Made by a program: the position numbers and the translations under genes. 64,000 bases of DNA. Source: a virus. Shown here one piece after another: positions 29,861 to 38,876 of the stretch; position 1 is the first letter of the stretch; each line of letters opens with the position of its first letter. Under the pieces are notes generated by a model, which saw only the letters and a program-made list of their open reading frames with translations, did not search any database and was not told the origin of the DNA. Location: positions 45,419 to 109,418 of the IMG/VR virus record IMGVR_UViG_3300027749_000060. One strand, given 5' to 3'.

Positions 29861-32800
29861 ATGACCATTAAAGTATCAGACTTCGCATCTAGCTCGCTAT
29901 CGGGGAATGTAGTTTTAACTACTAAAACGGCTACATTTAGTACCACCATAACCGCAGACGGTTTGCCCGAAGGCGCTGCAAAGATAATTGCTAAACTTAG
30001 AAAAGATAGCGTAACTGGAACGGTGTTAGCAGCATCTGATACTATTTTAATTAATGATACTAGCCAGTCCGGAACTGGCGTTGCTATTACTGTATTGCCT
30101 TTTACACTAATTCAACCAATTAGTAATATTGCATATTCAAGACAATTGACAGCCACTGGTGGCACTGCTCCGTACCAATTTTCTTATAGTGGGAATTTGC
30201 CCACTGGATTAGATTTGTTACCAAACGGTATTTTAACAGGAATACCCAAAGAAGTTGGAGTATTTAATTTTACAGTCAGAGCCACTGATATCAACACAGA
30301 CTTTGGTACAACTTATTATCAATTGGCTGTTACTGGTCCTGGTATATATTTGGCACCTTTGACAATACTTGAAGGCTATACAAATATATTTTATCAAACA
30401 ACGTTTACAGCTACCGGCGGACTTGCTCCTTATTATTTTACTATATCTCAAGGTGCATTACCAACAGGAATAGAATTAGCACCAAGCGGATCGTGTGAAG
30501 GAAAAACTTCAGCAGCAGGACCTGTTGCCATAGTAGTGACAGCAACTGATTCCAATGGTAACTCGGGATCTAAATCTTATATACTTACAATAAATCGTAT
30601 TACTATAAATGTAAATCCAGTTACTTTACCGCCAGCATTTAAAAAATTACCATACTCTCAAAATATCACCGGAACTGGCGGATCAACTCCCTACACCTGG
30701 TCGGTGATAAGCCAGAATACTTTTCAAACTGGAATATTATTAAACCCTGATAACGGAACATTATCGGGTACTTCTGTTGCTGTAGGAAGTAAATCTTTAA
30801 CTGTGCAAATTACAGATAAAAATGGAAACTATGGTACCAGAGATTACACATTTTTAGTTAATGATGTAGTCATTTATATTACTCCTAATACGGCTGTATT
30901 AGCCAATATACAACTAAATTCAAGATATAGCCAGGTAATAACAGCCACTGGTGGTGCAGCATTGATCAATACAGCACCGTCGTACTCATGGGTTGTGTTC
31001 AGTGGTACTTTACCACCCGGAATAACATTCAACGGAGTTAGTGCTACTCTAGCCGGAAGGCCAACTGAAATTGGTAATTATTCGTTTGCAATACAAGCAA
31101 CCGATGGATATCAAAATAGCGGAACAAGATCGTATCTGTTTAGTGTATTAGCAGTTACGATTACATTGTCTCCAAATGAATTAGGCATTGTTACTATTGG
31201 TGATTTATATACACAGGTAATTAGTGCAACAGGCGGAGAAGCGCCGTATACTTTTGCGGTAACCGCAGGAACATTACCATCGGGTTTGACATTAAATACA
31301 AATGGAACACTATCGGGCACTACTTATATAACCTTAGAACGTTTGATTACTATCAGAGCAACTGATATAAATGGAAATTCTGGATCTAAACAATATAAAA
31401 TAACAGTTGCATCTGACCATTGGATAATAAATTTAAAAAATGTCAACAGTGTTTCTTTAGAAGCATACACAGCCGCCGAATCGTCAAATAACCCTGGCAG
31501 TATTAATACAATTAACGAAAATGAATATGCAACTAGGGTAGTAGTCTCATCAAGATATTCAGTTGGAAATGAAACTTTATATTGGAACATAGCTCAGGCC
31601 CCTGGGATAGATGCACACCCAGTGGGCAGCGATTTTGGAATTATTACAGCAAGCACAGTTACTAAAGCCATATACGATTACGACACTCGTTTCGCTAATG
31701 AGTTTTCTTTTAATGCCGGGCAAATAACGTTAGCTAAATGGATAGCAACAAATCTATATCAGTCAAATACCTCATATAATACAGATACTGGTACAAAATA
31801 CGGATTATTTAGAAAACCCGATGCAGCTGGATTGGCTGGTTGGGTTAGAGGTGCTACCGCTAATAACTGGGGTGTAGGAAACACAAGTTTAATTAATCAG
31901 TTCTTTAGAGGGGCAAGCACAGAAATGGACTATGCCAGATCATTAACATCTAATAAAACATTTTTACCTGACATAAATCAGTCTGGGACTTATTTCTACG
32001 ACAGACCCGACAGCGTTGGTGGTACAATTATTACATTTAATCCTTATACTTACACAAACGGATACAGCCAAGAGTTTAATGTAGTAGGAGCTGATCTGAC
32101 ATTAGCTCAATGGATTGGCGCTAATTTATACGCATCAAACAGTCAGTTTACTACAAATTTAACCCCAGCAATACGATACGGATTATTCAGGAATCCTGAT
32201 CTACTGGGATTAAACTCTTGGGTTAATAGAGCAAAAGCAATGAGTTGGGGCATCAATGATGCAAATTTAATAAATGAATTTTTTACCGGCGCATCAATAA
32301 ATGTACTTGACGGCCCCAGATCACTAACAAACAAAAAAGATTTTATACCCGGACATTCCCCCGGCGATGTGTTTTATGATAGACCAAATAAAACCGGTCT
32401 ACTTGGGATTTCAGCAGTTGCAGATAATCTCACCGAAGGTCCGGAACAGTTCATTGTAGAAATAAGACAAAACAGTTTAACTGGACCGGTTGTTGCAACG
32501 ACCGATAATATTACTATTGCTGATAATAGTACAGCTAGCGCGACCACTTATAATAATAACGCGGTTGGATTCAGAAATTTCATCTATAGAGTAAGCGAAG
32601 GCGACACAATGAATTTTGAAGTGTTGGCACCCGGTAATGTGTCAACCGCTGACTTAGCAGTTAAATTAACTCAAATAGTAGTATCTACACCGTCTACTGC
32701 CAGCCCACCGGATTTTGTTGTAAGTACAAAAACTGTCCCAATGGTTGGAAGAGTAGGAACAGCCAGTTTGACAGTGGTAGCAGACATGATAACCGAAGGC

Positions 32801-35749
32801 GAAGAATATGTTACTATTGCGGTGGTATATGATGCCTTACAACGATCTTCGTTGGAAGGACCAGTGCTAATTGCTGATACGTCAAAGGTAACATATGATT
32901 TTGTTAACACACCTGCTGCCGTTAACGAAGGAAGTGTAGGGACTTTTACTATTAACACCACGGGAGTTTCTGATGGTACAAGATTATACTGGCGTATTAA
33001 TCATATAACTACACAACCAGCAGATTTCTTTTATGCAGCATCAAAATTTGATGTGTTGTATGCATTTGCATCTAATCCCATTGCACCTCTTAAACCATCA
33101 TCTGATGCAGTCATTGAGTATTGGATGACAAATGGATTAACAGCATTTAACTACTTTATACTAACAACAAGAACTAAAAGTCCTGCTGTTGCACAACAAA
33201 TTGATGCAGATCGAATTGCAGATGCAATAGGCACTACCGGACAACCTATACTAGCTACACGAGCTGCGGTGTTGGCTGCTTATTATGATTATAGTCAGGC
33301 TCCAATGTTTCCAATTGAAAGCGATATCAGATATTGGATGACTTACGGATTGGGGGTAAACAATGCTACATTTATAGCTTCAATCCAATCTGCAAACTCT
33401 GCCAACCCTGCACTGCAACTGGCAAATCAACAGCAAAGAGCAGACCTAATAGGCAGAAATACACGTTGGGAAGTGTTGTATGCATTTGCCGGTTGTGCAT
33501 ATGCACCTTTGGTTCCAACTGAGGCGGAAATAGCCGACTGGAGATGCAGGGGATTACTTGGATTCCAGCAAAATATGTCATCTCGATATCGTGGCGCAAG
33601 AGCATCTACAATTTTAGCTCAAAGAAATGCAGATGAATTACTACCTGGGGTACTAGCGGGGCAATATGTTCTTAATTCAAGATCGGCTGTGTTAGCAGCA
33701 TATCAAGACAATCCTGATACACAACCGTTTCCGAGTGAAGTTGAAATAAGGTATTGGATGGAACACGGATTGGGAACCAATAAGACAACATTTAGTAGTG
33801 CAGTTCAAACATACAATCAGCAAAACCCAACTGCTTATGCTCAAAATTTAGCAACTAGGGCACAAATAGCAAAAGATAATTCAAGAGCATGTAGAGGTTC
33901 ATTTTTAGTTCAAGGCGACGTTGGCACATTTGGTATTAGAGCCAGGGCCGATTTATTAGCTGAAACTAGCCAACAATTTACAATAAGTTTAAGTACATCT
34001 GAAAATAGTGAACCGGTTGCAACAACTAGTATTGTTACTATAACAGATACTAGTATAGAAATATATTCAACAGTACCAGTGGACTACGGTGGTGTGCAAT
34101 ATTCTTACTCTAATTCTGCATCTGGATATACATGGTATACAGTAGGGTATGGTTATCCAATATTAATCGATTCCACCAGTTTAAATATAAATGGTGCAGG
34201 ATCCCTGGGGTCTTCGCCGGGTGGTACATTTGTAGTTAGCGGCGGCATTGGTGCTGTTACACCAACATTAAATGGTGAGTCGCCTACTTTTACTATCAAT
34301 AATCCAACTGGAAGAGGAACAATTTATCAAATTGTAGCAGAATATTTTATCAGATCAAATATGCCAATTACGTATGCTATATATCGAGTAGCATCTACTG
34401 GGGATATTCTAGTACAAGAAAATATAAGAACATTTGATAGGGTGTCCGGAATAGATGATGATAACTTTCCGTACAGTCGTTACAACTATTGGCCGTTAAC
34501 TCAAACTGGGTATGTTGTCATACCTAGTAATACCACATATACATTTAAAATAAAAATGTCTGGCACTAGCTATAATTCTATTCCTGCTGGAAGTGGGCTA
34601 ACCTCTGGAACCACAGTTTATTGTGATCCAAGCGGACTACGCAGAATTACAGTTAATCCGGTTATGACAGATGCTCCGGGATATGCATTACCTTTCTATT
34701 GGGTACAAGGGTACTCGGATCAAAATTATATTCCGCCTTCTACATATTATGTATCTTTTAACTCCGTTGGCCAGCCAACTATTACAATGAGCGAAGGTGA
34801 TACTATTACTGTAATAATGACAGGATTTTATATAGTAAACGGTACATATACCTGGAATCTTTATCGTACTGGTGGAGGTGCTGTTAGCGGTAGTGACTTT
34901 AGTGCATCATCTGGGTCATTTACAATGACTAGCAATTATGGATCTTTTACGTTAACTGCACTATCGGATGCAGTTACAGAAGGAACATTAACATATTATG
35001 TGGATATTGTACTTGGCGGAACAGTGATAGTATCTTCTAGTACTATTGCACTTACAGTATTAGATACCAGCTTAACACCACCACCACCATATTACCCACC
35101 ACCACCATATTACCCACCACCACCATATTACCCACCGTACTATGCACCGTACTATGCACCATATGTTGATCCTGGCAGCCGTGGCGGCGGCCGTGGTGGT
35201 GATGGTGGAGTTGGAGTTGGAGTTGGAGACGGCGGCGTTGGCGGTGCAAAAGGCGGTCCTGAGGGCAGAGGCACAATCGGAGGTGACGGCGACGGAGGAA
35301 CTGGTAGCGTTGGCGTTGCCCATGGCTTTGGAGACGGCGATGGCGGCGGCGATGGAGGTGGCGGAGGTGGTGGTGGAGGTGGTGGTGGTGGTGGAGGCGG
35401 ACGTGTAATCTGTACGCATTTCTATCGTAAAGGTGAAATGGATCGTGATACATGGCGTGCCGATCTTGAGTTCACATTTAACCACCTTAGCCCAACTACT
35501 GTTCGTGGTTATCAATTTTGGGGGATTCCGTATGTTAAGTTAATGCGTAGAAGCAAATTAGCAGAAGATATTATGAGACCAATAGCTATTCATCGTGCCA
35601 AAGAGCTTGCTTATCAAATGGGTAAAAGTTCAAAAGGATCGCTATTTGGTAAAGTTGTGCGACTGATATTTGAACCTACATGTTTTGTAATAGGATTATT
35701 TGTAGGTGAACAAGATTGGAAGGCTCTATGGGGCCCAATGAAAGACTAA
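29861..35749 (+). CDS. Large adhesin-like protein: He_PIG repeats, Calx-beta-like domains, Pro/Tyr and Gly tracts, C-terminal 'VICT' domain
   Basis: Repeats visible in the translation; ATG at 29861 follows TAAATA at 29848 (ORF track starts at TTG 29855). Confidence 0.75.
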   Translation: MTIKVSDFASSSLSGNVVLTTKTATFSTTITADGLPEGAAKIIAKLRKDSVTGTVLAASDTILINDTSQSGTGVAITVLPFTLIQPISNIAYSRQLTATGGTAPYQFSYSGNLPTGLDLLPNGILTGIPKEVGVFNFTVRATDINTDFGTTYYQLAVTGPGIYLAPLTILEGYTNIFYQTTFTATGGLAPYYFTISQGALPTGIELAPSGSCEGKTSAAGPVAIVVTATDSNGNSGSKSYILTINRITINVNPVTLPPAFKKLPYSQNITGTGGSTPYTWSVISQNTFQTGILLNPDNGTLSGTSVAVGSKSLTVQITDKNGNYGTRDYTFLVNDVVIYITPNTAVLANIQLNSRYSQVITATGGAALINTAPSYSWVVFSGTLPPGITFNGVSATLAGRPTEIGNYSFAIQATDGYQNSGTRSYLFSVLAVTITLSPNELGIVTIGDLYTQVISATGGEAPYTFAVTAGTLPSGLTLNTNGTLSGTTYITLERLITIRATDINGNSGSKQYKITVASDHWIINLKNVNSVSLEAYTAAESSNNPGSINTINENEYATRVVVSSRYSVGNETLYWNIAQAPGIDAHPVGSDFGIITASTVTKAIYDYDTRFANEFSFNAGQITLAKWIATNLYQSNTSYNTDTGTKYGLFRKPDAAGLAGWVRGATANNWGVGNTSLINQFFRGASTEMDYARSLTSNKTFLPDINQSGTYFYDRPDSVGGTIITFNPYTYTNGYSQEFNVVGADLTLAQWIGANLYASNSQFTTNLTPAIRYGLFRNPDLLGLNSWVNRAKAMSWGINDANLINEFFTGASINVLDGPRSLTNKKDFIPGHSPGDVFYDRPNKTGLLGISAVADNLTEGPEQFIVEIRQNSLTGPVVATTDNITIADNSTASATTYNNNAVGFRNFIYRVSEGDTMNFEVLAPGNVSTADLAVKLTQIVVSTPSTASPPDFVVSTKTVPMVGRVGTASLTVVADMITEGEEYVTIAVVYDALQRSSLEGPVLIADTSKVTYDFVNTPAAVNEGSVGTFTINTTGVSDGTRLYWRINHITTQPADFFYAASKFDVLYAFASNPIAPLKPSSDAVIEYWMTNGLTAFNYFILTTRTKSPAVAQQIDADRIADAIGTTGQPILATRAAVLAAYYDYSQAPMFPIESDIRYWMTYGLGVNNATFIASIQSANSANPALQLANQQQRADLIGRNTRWEVLYAFAGCAYAPLVPTEAEIADWRCRGLLGFQQNMSSRYRGARASTILAQRNADELLPGVLAGQYVLNSRSAVLAAYQDNPDTQPFPSEVEIRYWMEHGLGTNKTTFSSAVQTYNQQNPTAYAQNLATRAQIAKDNSRACRGSFLVQGDVGTFGIRARADLLAETSQQFTISLSTSENSEPVATTSIVTITDTSIEIYSTVPVDYGGVQYSYSNSASGYTWYTVGYGYPILIDSTSLNINGAGSLGSSPGGTFVVSGGIGAVTPTLNGESPTFTINNPTGRGTIYQIVAEYFIRSNMPITYAIYRVASTGDILVQENIRTFDRVSGIDDDNFPYSRYNYWPLTQTGYVVIPSNTTYTFKIKMSGTSYNSIPAGSGLTSGTTVYCDPSGLRRITVNPVMTDAPGYALPFYWVQGYSDQNYIPPSTYYVSFNSVGQPTITMSEGDTITVIMTGFYIVNGTYTWNLYRTGGGAVSGSDFSASSGSFTMTSNYGSFTLTALSDAVTEGTLTYYVDIVLGGTVIVSSSTIALTVLDTSLTPPPPYYPPPPYYPPPPYYPPYYAPYYAPYVDPGSRGGGRGGDGGVGVGVGDGGVGGAKGGPEGRGTIGGDGDGGTGSVGVAHGFGDGDGGGDGGGGGGGGGGGGGGGGRVICTHFYRKGEMDRDTWRADLEFTFNHLSPTTVRGYQFWGIPYVKLMRRSKLAEDIMRPIAIHRAKELAYQMGKSSKGSLFGKVVRLIFEPTCFVIGLFVGEQDWKALWGPMKD
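35078..35165 (+). repeat. Tandem CCACCACCACCATATTAC-type repeats encoding PPPPYY
   Basis: Directly visible 18-bp and 12-bp units. Confidence 0.9.
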
Positions 35750-35750
35750 T

Positions 35751-35936
35751 ATGATACATTTAAACGAATTAATTCCAGGATACGAAAACTTGGAGACAAG
35801 AAATCAAATTATAAAGGACATAGATGACTATGCACTAAGTATCGAGTTTACTCAAGAAGAAGTAAATTCTATTCAGGACCCTAGAATGATTTTAATAGCA
35901 TACGAAGCAATGATGTACAGAAGACTAAAAGGATAA
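35751..35936 (+). CDS. Hypothetical protein (61 aa)
   Basis: ORF fills the gap between the two adhesin-like genes with tight spacing. Confidence 0.6.
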   Translation: MIHLNELIPGYENLETRNQIIKDIDDYALSIEFTQEEVNSIQDPRMILIAYEAMMYRRLKG

Positions 35937-35942
35937 TATAAA

Positions 35943-37286
35943 ATGGGCTACAGTGCAAGTATTAGAGAAAATCAATTCCAAGTTTTTTGGGAAATACGAA
36001 CAGCAAATGTACCAAACGGTACAACTCTATACTGGACACTAGGACTGGCCGAAGGCGGCAGCCCTGGTGTCACTCCAGCCGATTTTGGCCTAGCACAAAA
36101 TTGGGGCACTGTAATTATCAATGACAACTTTAGTAATTTTACGCTGCGAGGAGTTGAAGACCAAGTATACGAAGGCCCAGAGTTTTTCATACTACAATTA
36201 AGAACAGGTAGCCAATATGGTCCTGTTATTGCAACTAGTAATTACATACAAATTGTTGATACTAGCACTAGTGTCCCGGTAGCACCACCATATTACCCAC
36301 CACCATATTACCCACCACCACCACCACCACCACCCGATACACCACCACCACCACCATATTACCCACCACCATATTACCCACCACCTGAAACACCACCATA
36401 TTACCCGCCAGTACCACCTCCACCTCCGCCACCTCCACCACCTCCAGCACCTCCTGCGGTTGCCCCTACTCCTACATATCGTTTGTCAGTATCTCCTGTT
36501 ACCGTAGCAGAAGGGGGTACACTCACTTACGTCTTAAATGGAACAAATGTTGTAAACGGTACATATTATTGGTTTGTTAATCATACTGAGACTGTTCCGG
36601 CAAGTTTTGTATCCAGCTCTGGAGCGTTTGCTGTTACAAATAATTTGGGAAATTTTGAAGTGACTGCTTCGTATGATATCCCTACAACTCAAGCATTTAC
36701 AGTAAGTGTATATCTGACCACTACTACCACCAGTAGTTTCAATGGGCTTTTCCAATATAGTTCTCCTAACGTATTGACAACTTCTGACACATGCTATGTA
36801 ACACAAAGCGGCGGCAGCCTCGGCGGCGGCGGCGGCGGCTTTGGTGGCGGCGGCGGTAGCGTTGCAGTTAATGCATATATGCCATATACAACTAAAAGAG
36901 CAGCTGAGATAGCTGTCGGTGATCCATTATTGTTGTTATCAATTGATAGACAAGGTACAATGCCGGGCACAACAATAAGTAATAGAATTAGTCAACAGAA
37001 TTTATTAACGCTAATCAGTGAGTCTGGTATTAGATTAACATTATCGGACAATACTCCGTTGACATTACCAAATGGTGCGTATGTTAATAGTACACAGGCA
37101 TTAGGCAATTATTTACCAGTGCAAGATGTAAATGGATTCCGTTGGGAACGAATTGTGGAAGTAGTTGATGCAGGACAAGGTCTTGTTGCTACAATAGCAT
37201 GCAAAAATCAATGTTATGCAGCAGGTGACGAGCCAGATAGATTCATATGGACGCACAATGTCATGATGCAAATGGAAAAATATTAA
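35943..37286 (+). CDS. Calx-beta-like, Pro-rich protein with a C-terminal Hint (intein-like) domain
   Basis: Gly run, then SVAVNAYM...AAEIAVGD.L...LTLSDNTPL...WERIVEVVDAG...FIWTHN. Confidence 0.75.
   Translation: MGYSASIRENQFQVFWEIRTANVPNGTTLYWTLGLAEGGSPGVTPADFGLAQNWGTVIINDNFSNFTLRGVEDQVYEGPEFFILQLRTGSQYGPVIATSNYIQIVDTSTSVPVAPPYYPPPYYPPPPPPPPDTPPPPPYYPPPYYPPPETPPYYPPVPPPPPPPPPPPAPPAVAPTPTYRLSVSPVTVAEGGTLTYVLNGTNVVNGTYYWFVNHTETVPASFVSSSGAFAVTNNLGNFEVTASYDIPTTQAFTVSVYLTTTTTSSFNGLFQYSSPNVLTTSDTCYVTQSGGSLGGGGGGFGGGGGSVAVNAYMPYTTKRAAEIAVGDPLLLLSIDRQGTMPGTTISNRISQQNLLTLISESGIRLTLSDNTPLTLPNGAYVNSTQALGNYLPVQDVNGFRWERIVEVVDAGQGLVATIACKNQCYAAGDEPDRFIWTHNVMMQMEKY
36284..36455 (+). repeat. CCA-rich Pro/Tyr repeat tract (PPYYPPPYYPPPP...)
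   Basis: Directly visible; same CCACCATATTAC unit as at 35078. Confidence 0.9.
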
Positions 37287-37310
37287 AATAACAAATAGAG
37301 GAATATACAA

Positions 37311-37607
37311 ATGAACTATCACATTAGAGCATTCAATAAAGTGCTAGGCCACTTATATGTTGAATTTGAAGGATTCGGGAATAAAGCAATCAATGTACCA
37401 ATCAACGAGAATGGGCTTTATATAAACGGCACTGAGTTAGACGAATATATAAAAAACTTTATACCAGAATCTGAAGTTAAAAGACGAGCAGCACTGGAAG
37501 CTGGAATACCAAATTGGGAAGACATTCAGAGTTTAGTACCAGAACCGGATCAGCAAACTTTTGTAACAAATTCTAATCCAGTTATTGATACAGGTCCAGT
37601 TCAATAA
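37311..37607 (+). CDS. Hypothetical protein, possibly fibre-associated
   Basis: GAGG SD; last gene of the plus-strand module. Confidence 0.6.
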   Translation: MNYHIRAFNKVLGHLYVEFEGFGNKAINVPINENGLYINGTELDEYIKNFIPESEVKRRAALEAGIPNWEDIQSLVPEPDQQTFVTNSNPVIDTGPVQ

Positions 37608-37608
37608 T

Positions 37609-37851
37609 TTAAAGCCATCTTAGGCAAAAATAAGTTATATCCTCAGAGTGTAACTTAGCAATAACTTTAAAAGAATAATTGTAGTTGTTGGGGTCAATGG
37701 CTTGTTCCCATCTAGGCTTTTCCACAGCATGTCCCATAACCCATTGACCTGCTTCACTAGTCTCCCATTCGTATAGAGGCTCAGAGGCATACACACTAGG
37801 ATCTTCTGCCCAAGCATCTACTAGAAATGTATGGACAACGATCTCTTGCAT
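37609..37851 (-). CDS. Hypothetical protein
   Basis: ORF directly downstream of thyX in a packed operon. Confidence 0.65.
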   Translation of the reverse strand: MQEIVVHTFLVDAWAEDPSVYASEPLYEWETSEAGQWVMGHAVEKPRWEQAIDPNNYNYSFKVIAKLHSEDITYFCLRWL

Positions 37852-37854
37852 ATA

Positions 37855-38538
37855 TTATTCTGACACGTATTCTTCAGCCATCGGGAATATAGCAGCAATG
37901 GCTTTAGCACAGGCCAATGCCACAAGTTGATGTTCTTTTTGTGTACCATTTGCACTACGTAGTTCTATAAAGTGAACCCAGCTACGTAATGTGCCATTCA
38001 TATATAAACGGCTAACAGTATTACCTTCGGGCAGTATAGCTCTAGCCTGCTCTTTAGCAATACCTTGGTCTATTGCCCATGAATAATGCTCATGTACTAG
38101 ATCTATTACCTCTTGCTGTCTACGGTTCCACTCGGCAGTAATACCCTGTTGTTTTGCATCATTAGCATCAATTTCTATGCTGTTTTGTCTATTCTTGGTA
38201 TCCTGTAAGCGTGCCTCTCTAAGAACAAAGCTAAGATCCTTAGTAGGGTCTGCATAGCGTTGACTAAACTCTTGGAAACTAAAACTACGGTGCCTGAGAA
38301 TTTGACGTGCAATATCCCGTGTGGTTTCAATTTCTACACAAGCCGAAACCATTTCGAGTGGACTCCAATGTGCGTGTTTAACCAGGTACCGAATAAGTTT
38401 CTCACTAGATTCAGTATTGAATTGATTAGACGGATTGCTTACACGAGCACAGTAGGCAATTAGCTCTTGTGCATCGTTAATACCTTGTTGTTGAAATTCA
38501 GTCGTAGGTTGTGAGAATGAAACTAAAGTTACGTTCAT
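37855..38538 (-). CDS. thyX: Flavin-dependent thymidylate synthase
   Basis: RHRSFSFQEFSQRY ThyX motif, HWSPLE, EQARAILP, TQKEH. Confidence 0.96.
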   Translation of the reverse strand: MNVTLVSFSQPTTEFQQQGINDAQELIAYCARVSNPSNQFNTESSEKLIRYLVKHAHWSPLEMVSACVEIETTRDIARQILRHRSFSFQEFSQRYADPTKDLSFVLREARLQDTKNRQNSIEIDANDAKQQGITAEWNRRQQEVIDLVHEHYSWAIDQGIAKEQARAILPEGNTVSRLYMNGTLRSWVHFIELRSANGTQKEHQLVALACAKAIAAIFPMAEEYVSE

Positions 38539-38876
38539 AGGTCTTTAAGTATTTGGTCGGTTATGGGTTGAATGGCTTTTGCAACATCGTCGACATCAAC
38601 ATAAAAGTCAACATCAACAATAATATGATCCAAGGCTGTTAACCGTGAATCTAACATTTCTTCAATCGCGCTAGGATCGTTTCCCTCGTCGATCAATTCT
38701 TTAACATCGATATTAACTACAGTTCCATCTATTAGATTTACATTAAGCGACCGAAGTAACGTAATAGGAATTTCATTTTTTTCTACATCTTTAAGAATTT
38801 TTTTCCATTGATCTCGAGGAGAAACATTAATCTTTTTTAGCTTTGACCGCGGGTTTTTTCTTGGTTGGGGTGACAT
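38535..38876 (-). CDS. Hypothetical protein
   Basis: ATGA overlap with thyX; start uncertain. Confidence 0.65.
   Translation of the reverse strand: MSPQPRKNPRSKLKKINVSPRDQWKKILKDVEKNEIPITLLRSLNVNLIDGTVVNIDVKELIDEGNDPSAIEEMLDSRLTALDHIIVDVDFYVDVDDVAKAIQPITDQILKDL

Noticed and set aside
35052-36450. Alternative-frame ORFs with poly-His, Trp and Val runs
   Set aside because: They are shadows of the Pro/Gly codon repeats in the real plus-strand genes.
35078-36455. Short direct repeats as a possible CRISPR array
   Set aside because: In-frame coding tandem repeats without unique spacers; no cas genes.
36858-37286. Classical splicing intein
   Set aside because: The +1 residue is Val, the C-terminal tail is only 8 aa and there is no endonuclease; treated as an autoprocessing Hint domain.
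26164-37286. Diversity-generating retroelement acting on the adhesins
   Set aside because: No reverse transcriptase and no near-identical template/variable repeat pair noticed in the window.
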